NCBI GenBank assembly: GCA_963702095.1
Contig: OY969706.1
Location: 288,001 to 352,000 of the forward strand
From: Candidatus Bathyarchaeota archaeon
GTDB lineage: Archaea; Thermoproteota; Bathyarchaeia; Bathyarchaeales; Bathycorpusculaceae
Length of the DNA stretch: 64,000 nt
Reading direction: 5' to 3'
Part shown: positions 58,579-64,000 of the stretch, one piece after another
How positions within the stretch are numbered: the first letter of the stretch is position 1
Layout of the letters: each line of letters begins with the position of its first letter
Made by a program: the position numbers and the translations under genes
Notes under the pieces: generated by a model
Told to the model about the DNA's origin: nothing
Database searches by the model: none
Seen by the model: the letters and a program-made list of their open reading frames with translations, nothing else

Positions 58579-59384
58579 TTAGGTGTCATCCTCCTCTTCG
58601 CGTGTGACTTTGGCTTCAAAGTCTTCGATGGTGACTGGCGGGTCTTTGTCTGGGCTAATTCGCCTCTTTCACGGAGGACTTGGCGTGCGAGAAGCCAGAA
58701 GATGACTGCGAGTGCGCGGCGGCCTTTGTTGTTGGTTGGGATAACTAGGTCTACACCTGAGAATTCGTTGTCTGTACTGCAGAGTGCGACGATTGGGATG
58801 CCCACAGTGCTTGCTTCTTTAACTGCCTGTGCGTCTGCGCGTGGGTCAGATACAACGATGACTTCGGGGTCAACACGGTTTTTGTATTGTGGGTTGCTGA
58901 GTTGTCCGGGGATGAATCTGCCGATGAGCGCTGTTGCGCCGGTGAGTTTGCAGAACATGCGGACGGGTTCATGCGCGTAGAGGCGGGTTGCTGCTACAGC
59001 GACTTTGCTGGGTTCATAGCGTGAGAGGAATTTGGCTGTTGCGCGGATGCGATCGTCTGTTTTTTTGACGTCTAAGACGAATAAGCCGTCTGGGCGGACA
59101 CGGTAAATGAATGGTTCCATGTCCAGTGTCTTCATCCTGGTGCCGATGTGGATGCCTGCAGAGAGCAGGGTGTCTCTTGGTAGAAGAAGAGTTTCTTCTG
59201 GAGCGGTTTCCGTGACTTCTTCAGCTTCTTCCACTTCGCCTTCTTCTGTTGGTTCTTCTTGCTCGGCGGGTTCAGTGGATTCAACTTCTTGAGGAACCGG
59301 GATTTCGGTTTCGGTCACTTCTTCCTCTTGCTCTTCTTCTTGGTTTTCTTCTGGTTGGGTTTCTTTTTCTTGGTCTTCAGACAT
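58579..59384 (-). CDS. rps2: 30S ribosomal protein S2 (uS2) with acidic N-terminal extension; frameshift near 58653
   Basis: AGIHIGT, GRFIPG, DPRADAQA, IPTNNKGR; adding one C gives ...APDKDPPVTIEDFEAKVTREEEDDT*. Confidence 0.93.
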
Positions 59385-59402
59385 TCTTATTTCATCTTCT
59401 CT

Positions 59403-60656
59403 TTAGCGTATGTTTAAGTCAGCCATTCTGGCTCGGTTGCCAAGGAAATGCTCAATCCGGATGAGCTCGTTTAGTTTGGCTATGCGTGCGCCTTCCACTA
59501 CGCCGGTTTTGATGACGGGGCATCTGTAGGCGACTGCCAAATGGGCAATGTGCCAATCACATGTGTCTCCGCTGCGGTGAGACACGACAGGGGCGTAACC
59601 GTTGCGTTGGGCTGTCTCGATTGTTTCAGCTGCATCGGTTAATGTGCCTATCTGGTTGACTTTGATGATGATAGCGTTTCCAGCGTTAATCTTAATTCCG
59701 TTATTTAACCTTTCAGTATTAGTTGTGAATAAATCGTCGCCGCAGATTAAGCAATTCTTGCTTTTTCGAGTTAACTCGGCGAAACTGTCAAAATCGTCCT
59801 CTTGGAAGGGGTCCTCCACGTAGGCGATATGGTACTTCTCTATTAGGCTAAGCATGTATTCAAGTTGTTCGGCAGTGTCGCGTTTTTTGCCCTCAGTTTC
59901 ATAGAAGTATTTTTCTTCTTTGGGCTTCCAAAAATTTGACGCTGCAACGTCAATGCCGAAGCCGCATTCGAAGTCCAGTTCGTTGCCGATTTCTTCGCAG
60001 GCACTCGCGATAATTTCAAAGGCGTCGTCTGTGTCTATGTTGGCTATCCATGCGCCTTCGTCGCTTTTGCCGCCGTTGAAGGTGGTGGATTTCCTTTTTA
60101 ATGCGTCGCCGATGCGTTTGTGGATTTGGGTGTTGGCGGTCTGTGCTTCAAGGAAGCTTTCTGCGCCATGGGGCAGGGCGAGGTATTCCTGTATGGCTGG
60201 TGCTTTGCCCCTTGCGTGGGCGCCGCCGCTTATGCAGTTGCCAAGTGGATAAGGCAGGCTGTTTGCGGCGTTTCCGCCCAAAAACTGGAATAGGAGGAGT
60301 CCATGGCTGTTGGCGGCTGCTTCAGCGTTTGCGAGGCTAATCGCGAATGCGGTGTTGCCGCCGATGTTTTTGAAGTCTGCTGTGCCATCTATTTCGTGGA
60401 GGGTGTTGTCGATTTCCTCTTGGAAGTCAGCGTTTAGTCCTGCGAGTTCAGGCGCTATGAGGTCGTCAACTTTTTTGATGGCTGCTTCAACGCCGCCTTG
60501 GGGGTAATATTGCACTTCGGCTTTGCCCCGGCTTTTGCCCGCAGGTGCTCCAGAGCGTCCGAATCCGCCGGCGGTTATCACATCTACCTCTATGGTTTCT
60601 TCTCCACGGTTATTGAAAATTTTTCGAGCAATGAGGTCCTCGATGATTGATGACAC
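59403..60656 (-). CDS. eno: Enolase
   Basis: GGAH, QEY, SDEG, EDPF, GDDLF.TN, IKVNQIGTL, SHRSG, KTG, RIAKLN. Confidence 0.95.
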   Translation of the reverse strand: MSSIIEDLIARKIFNNRGEETIEVDVITAGGFGRSGAPAGKSRGKAEVQYYPQGGVEAAIKKVDDLIAPELAGLNADFQEEIDNTLHEIDGTADFKNIGGNTAFAISLANAEAAANSHGLLLFQFLGGNAANSLPYPLGNCISGGAHARGKAPAIQEYLALPHGAESFLEAQTANTQIHKRIGDALKRKSTTFNGGKSDEGAWIANIDTDDAFEIIASACEEIGNELDFECGFGIDVAASNFWKPKEEKYFYETEGKKRDTAEQLEYMLSLIEKYHIAYVEDPFQEDDFDSFAELTRKSKNCLICGDDLFTTNTERLNNGIKINAGNAIIIKVNQIGTLTDAAETIETAQRNGYAPVVSHRSGDTCDWHIAHLAVAYRCPVIKTGVVEGARIAKLNELIRIEHFLGNRARMADLNIR

Positions 60657-60833
60657 TAAGCATTAACCTCAAGACGCTATAGTTTTGTCACGCGCTTATT
60701 TTAGGTTTCGGAAGGACTATTCCATAGCTTCTAGCACTTCCAGCATTAGCATAATTCGATCGTGACAAAACTGCGCGGGTGCTTAGTAGAAGAACAGCGT
60801 TTGTCTCTCCCAGAGGACCCCTACAACTGTAGG

Positions 60834-60993
60834 TTGAAGGGGTCTTTGGTTCTGCTTGAGGTTTGTTCCACAACCAGCCAGCAACCCCTCCACATTGCAG
60901 AACACAAAACACAGCCGCCTGCATGACCCGCCAGAAGAAGATGAGTAAGGGGCACTCTGCCTTCACCTAACAATAAAAAAACAAAAAAGCCCA
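60834..60993 (+). repeat. Dispersed intergenic element family A, copy 5
   Basis: ttgaaggggtctttggttctgcttgaggtttgttccacaaccagccagcaa ... gaagaagatgagtaaggggcactctgccttc ... taaaaaaacaaaaaagccc. Confidence 0.9.
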
Positions 60994-61063
60994 AATTCAT
61001 CTACCGTTAAAAGAACATTTTTATCTTTACAGCACAATAGCTTCCAGTCAAGGTGTAACATGT

Positions 61064-62005
61064 ATGGGTAAAGGGTCAGGGTATGGAAAAGTCATCTTAT
61101 TCGGCGAACACTTCGTCGTACACGGAGTCCCCGGCATCGTCTCAGCCATCGACTCCTCAACCGACGCCACCGTCACAAAAGCCCAAAAAGGCTTAAACGT
61201 AAAAGACGAACGCAAAACCGCCAAAGGCTACAGCGAAGAAAAGCGACTGCAGCAAATCGAATCCATCGAACGCATGTTAAAAGCCATGGACTTGGATCCC
61301 AAGACGCCGCTGGACATCTGGGTCGGCGGGTCACTGCCGGGCTTCAGCGGACTCGGCGCCTCAGCCGCATCCAGCGTTGCCATCGCACGCGCCATCTCCG
61401 AGGAGCTTAATCTTAACCTTTCAAACGAGAAAATCAACGCAGTCGCCTACGAAGGCGAAAAAGCCTACGCGGGCAACCCCAGCGGCATCGATAACACCGC
61501 AGCAACCTACGGAGGCTTGATGTGGTTCCGCAAGAACCCAGCAGGCGGACAAGACCTGGTTGAAAAAATTCACGTTAAACGCCCCATCGAAATCGTCATC
61601 GGCAGCACAGGCAAAGTCGCCAACACCAAAGCCATGGTGGAAGGCGTCGCGGACCGCAAAAAGAAAGACCCCAAAAAATACGATCCCCTCTTCAAGCAGG
61701 CGGAGAGTTTGGCGGTTGCAGGCCGCAGAGCCCTCGAAGCAGGCGACCTCAAAAAAGTCGGCGACCTCATGAACGAGAACCACCGTATCCTACAGGAAAT
61801 CGGCGTGTCAAGCAAAGAACTCGACCAGCTTGTTGACATCGCACGCAAACAGGGAGCCTTTGGCGCAAAGCTGACGGGGGGCGGAGGCGGCGGCTGCATG
61901 GTTGCCTTAACCGGTGGCAAAGAAGTTGCCGGAAAAATAGTGGGCGCCTTTAAAGGTGCAGGCTACGAGTATTTGATGACCCGAATAGGCGTCGGAACCT
62001 ACTAA
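61064..62005 (+). CDS. mvk: Mevalonate kinase
   Basis: GKVILFGEHFVV, GLGASAA, GNPSGIDN, AKLTGGGGGGC (GHMP kinase). Confidence 0.93.
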   Translation: MGKGSGYGKVILFGEHFVVHGVPGIVSAIDSSTDATVTKAQKGLNVKDERKTAKGYSEEKRLQQIESIERMLKAMDLDPKTPLDIWVGGSLPGFSGLGASAASSVAIARAISEELNLNLSNEKINAVAYEGEKAYAGNPSGIDNTAATYGGLMWFRKNPAGGQDLVEKIHVKRPIEIVIGSTGKVANTKAMVEGVADRKKKDPKKYDPLFKQAESLAVAGRRALEAGDLKKVGDLMNENHRILQEIGVSSKELDQLVDIARKQGAFGAKLTGGGGGGCMVALTGGKEVAGKIVGAFKGAGYEYLMTRIGVGTY

Positions 62006-62006
62006 G
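61934..62006 (+). repeat. Direct repeat copy 1: 3' end of mvk
   Basis: Aligns with 62818-62889, 58 of 73 positions identical by hand alignment. Confidence 0.85.
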
Positions 62007-62178
62007 AAGCACAAGGAGTGTTTAGGCCCCGAATCGTTTACTTTTTTAGTTTTTTCCTTTTTTTAGGGTTAGGGCTGATTTATAAAAGCCCCATAAAACG
62101 GAGCTTTTGATAATGGTTAGTTATCATATTGTATACCCAAAAAACTTAAGGCAAGAACCGCAATAATAAGGATTAACA

Positions 62179-62475
62179 ATGGGAAACCAAGACGTAAAGA
62201 ACAAGCTAGAAAAGTTAAAACCAGTTCTTAGAGAGCGCTATCAAGTGAAAACTATAGGTTTTTTTGGCTCCTACGCTAGAGGCGAAGAAACCCCAAAGAG
62301 TGATATTGACATTTTGGTTGAATTCGTTGAGGGCAATTCGATTGATCTGTTTGATTTTATTGAGCTTGAGGATTTTCTAACAGAACAACTCGGCATTAAA
62401 GTGGATTTAGCGACAAAAAAAGCTCTCAAGCTCCTGATTAAAGACCAAATACTCAAAGAGACGATTTATGCTTGA
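62179..62475 (+). CDS. mntA: MNT (minimal nucleotidyltransferase) antitoxin
   Basis: FGSYARGE..PKSDIDILV, KVDL. Confidence 0.92.
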   Translation: MGNQDVKNKLEKLKPVLRERYQVKTIGFFGSYARGEETPKSDIDILVEFVEGNSIDLFDFIELEDFLTEQLGIKVDLATKKALKLLIKDQILKETIYA

Positions 62476-62816
62476 AGCGGACACTTGCACTCTACTTAAA
62501 CGATGTACTTGAGGCAATCGAAAGAATCGAGAGCTATGTAGAGGGATGCAGCTTTGAGCAGTTTGCGAAAAACACCTTGGTTATAGATGCGGTGGTAAGG
62601 AATTTTGAAATTATCGGCGAAGCGACAAAGCATATACCTGTAGAAATAAAACAGGAGAATCCTTTGATCAGATGGAAAGATATGGCAGGAATGCGAGACA
62701 AGTTAGCCCATGAATACTTCGGTGTAGATATAGACATATTGTGGAAAACCTCAGTAAACCGCTTACCTGCGTTGAAACCTCAAATAGAAGAGTTGTTAAG
62801 GGAAATTAAAGAATGA
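62472..62816 (+). CDS. hepT: HEPN / DUF86 ribonuclease toxin
   Basis: DAVVRNFEIIGEA, W..MAGMRDKLAHEY (Rx4HxY); 4-bp overlap with mntA. Confidence 0.92.
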   Translation: MKRTLALYLNDVLEAIERIESYVEGCSFEQFAKNTLVIDAVVRNFEIIGEATKHIPVEIKQENPLIRWKDMAGMRDKLAHEYFGVDIDILWKTSVNRLPALKPQIEELLREIKE

Positions 62817-62817
62817 A

Positions 62818-62889
62818 AAAATTGTCGGCGCATCCACGGGTGCAGTCTACGAGTATTTGATTCCATAATAGGCGTTGGTACATACTAAG
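62818..62889 (+). repeat. Direct repeat copy 2: orphan diverged duplicate of the mvk 3' end
   Basis: aaaattgtcggcgcatccacgggtgcagtctacgagtatttgattccataataggcgttggtacatactaag encodes KIVGASTGAVYEYL..IGVGTY*. Confidence 0.85.
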
Positions 62890-62913
62890 TTGGGCTTTTG
62901 CCCTTATTTTTTG

Positions 62914-64000
62914 TTAAACGTTAATGGTTTCAAACTTTTGGGGAATGCAAACCTGTGTTATGTCTGAGATTCGCTCGGAAAGCGCTTCTGCCCCTTTGAG
63001 GTCTCCGTGAACAAGAACCGTCTGCTTGGGCTTTAGTTGCCGCACCATCTGCACCAATTCATTTTGGTCGGCGTGTCCCGAGAGCGCAATTTGGACAATT
63101 TTGGCTCGTACAGGATACCTTTCGCCGTCAACCTTTATGTAGTGTTTGTCTTTAGCCAACTTCAAGGGGCTGTCAGGTGGCAGGTAACCTGAAGTTACAA
63201 TTATGGTGTTTTCCTCGATTTCTGCCCATGTATTAAGCAAGCTCAAACTTGCCCCTGCATGGCCAAAACCTGGAGTGCAAATAACTATAGCTGGCTCTTC
63301 AATCTCAGATGTGCGCTCAATGTTTCTTACGTGCTTGTACTCGAACGGTTTTGCCTCCGCCCGCATATCGGAGTTGAATTGGTCTTTGTAGCCGCTGAAA
63401 ATCGTGGTTATCTTGTTTGCCAGCCTGGATAGTACATAGGCGTTGCGTTTGGGCAGCGCGCCATCCTCTATGGCTTGGTCTATTCGCTTAGCCATCTCCT
63501 GGCTTCTATGGAAAGCAAAGGTGGGGATCAAAACGTTGCCCCTATGCCTCAAAGTATCCGCAACCTCCGCAAGCAGTTTGTCAGTGAGTTCGCCTCTTGG
63601 CCGCCTGATTGTTCCGCCGTATGTTGACTCCGAAATCAAAACGTCAGGCTCATGTGGCAGCAAATCAATGTTGCAGCCATCCAAAATTTCAGTGCTATGC
63701 AGGCAGAAATCGCCGGTGTATAGAAGTGATTTTCCTTCGGTGCGGATGCCGATCATGGCGGCGCCGGCGACATGACCTGCGGGGTAAAGCTGAACCTGCA
63801 TGCCCGGCAACTCTGCTCTCTCGATAGGTACCCACCAATTTTTTACTTGATCAACTGTTTGGTTATCAAATCCTAATGGGTCACCTTCCTGCTCATGCAC
63901 CTTAATCATGTCTCTGAGCAAATCAAGCGTTACGTCACGGGTAAGTTTCGAGCCAAAAATAACCTGTTTATTTCTGGATTTGGATAGGCGCAGAAGGCTT
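62914..64000 (-). CDS. Metallo-beta-lactamase / beta-CASP ribonuclease, 5' end beyond window
   Basis: AGHVAGA, YTGD, ESTYG, P.FA..RSQE, SGHAD, VHGD. Confidence 0.9.
   Translation of the reverse strand, partial: SLLRLSKSRNKQVIFGSKLTRDVTLDLLRDMIKVHEQEGDPLGFDNQTVDQVKNWWVPIERAELPGMQVQLYPAGHVAGAAMIGIRTEGKSLLYTGDFCLHSTEILDGCNIDLLPHEPDVLISESTYGGTIRRPRGELTDKLLAEVADTLRHRGNVLIPTFAFHRSQEMAKRIDQAIEDGALPKRNAYVLSRLANKITTIFSGYKDQFNSDMRAEAKPFEYKHVRNIERTSEIEEPAIVICTPGFGHAGASLSLLNTWAEIEENTIIVTSGYLPPDSPLKLAKDKHYIKVDGERYPVRAKIVQIALSGHADQNELVQMVRQLKPKQTVLVHGDLKGAEALSERISDITQVCIPQKFETINV

Noticed and set aside
57720-59384. Apparent Rps2-MEMO1 fusion protein (554 aa)
   Set aside because: Adding one C at the ggg run 58652-58654 gives a normal acidic Rps2 C-terminus with TAA at 58579 and a separate MEMO1 start; consistent with the other indels.
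59200-59384. Glu-rich low-complexity repeat (EEVTET twice) at the Rps2 N-terminus
   Set aside because: Acidic disordered tails also occur on Rpl37ae and ScpB here; a protein low-complexity feature, not a DNA repeat element.
752-60993. Family A as a CRISPR or repeat-spacer-repeat mini-array
   Set aside because: The two conserved ends differ from each other, copies are kilobases apart, the cores still share residual homology rather than being unrelated spacers, and there are no cas genes in the window.

Overview
Archaeal chromosomal segment, most consistent with Bathyarchaeia (inferred from gene content and protein style). Core genes: form III RuBisCO divergent from AMP phosphorylase; psmA-SBDS-rrp4-rrp41-rrp42-rpl37ae-pcc1; rps13-rps4-rps11-rpoD-rpl18e-rpl13-rps9-rpoN; smc-scpA-scpB; a split glutamate synthase operon; thermosome; aIF5B; eno-rps2-MEMO1; mvk; tRNA-Glu(CTC). 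Accessory genes include an Acinetobacter-type bifunctional MtlD, a multi-PAS histidine kinase with response regulator, secreted proteins, an HNH nuclease and an MNT-HEPN toxin-antitoxin pair. About nine single-base indels, some in essential genes, point to an error-prone assembly. The most unusual signals are non-coding. (i) A ~135-160 bp dispersed intergenic element (family A) occurs five times, all in one orientation, with two conserved hairpin ends, a divergent fixed-length core and an A-rich tail. (ii) A second ~150 bp dispersed element (family B) occurs twice. (iii) A diverged duplicate of the mvk 3' end brackets the TA cassette. All identifications come from reading the sequence and recalled family motifs; no searches were run.
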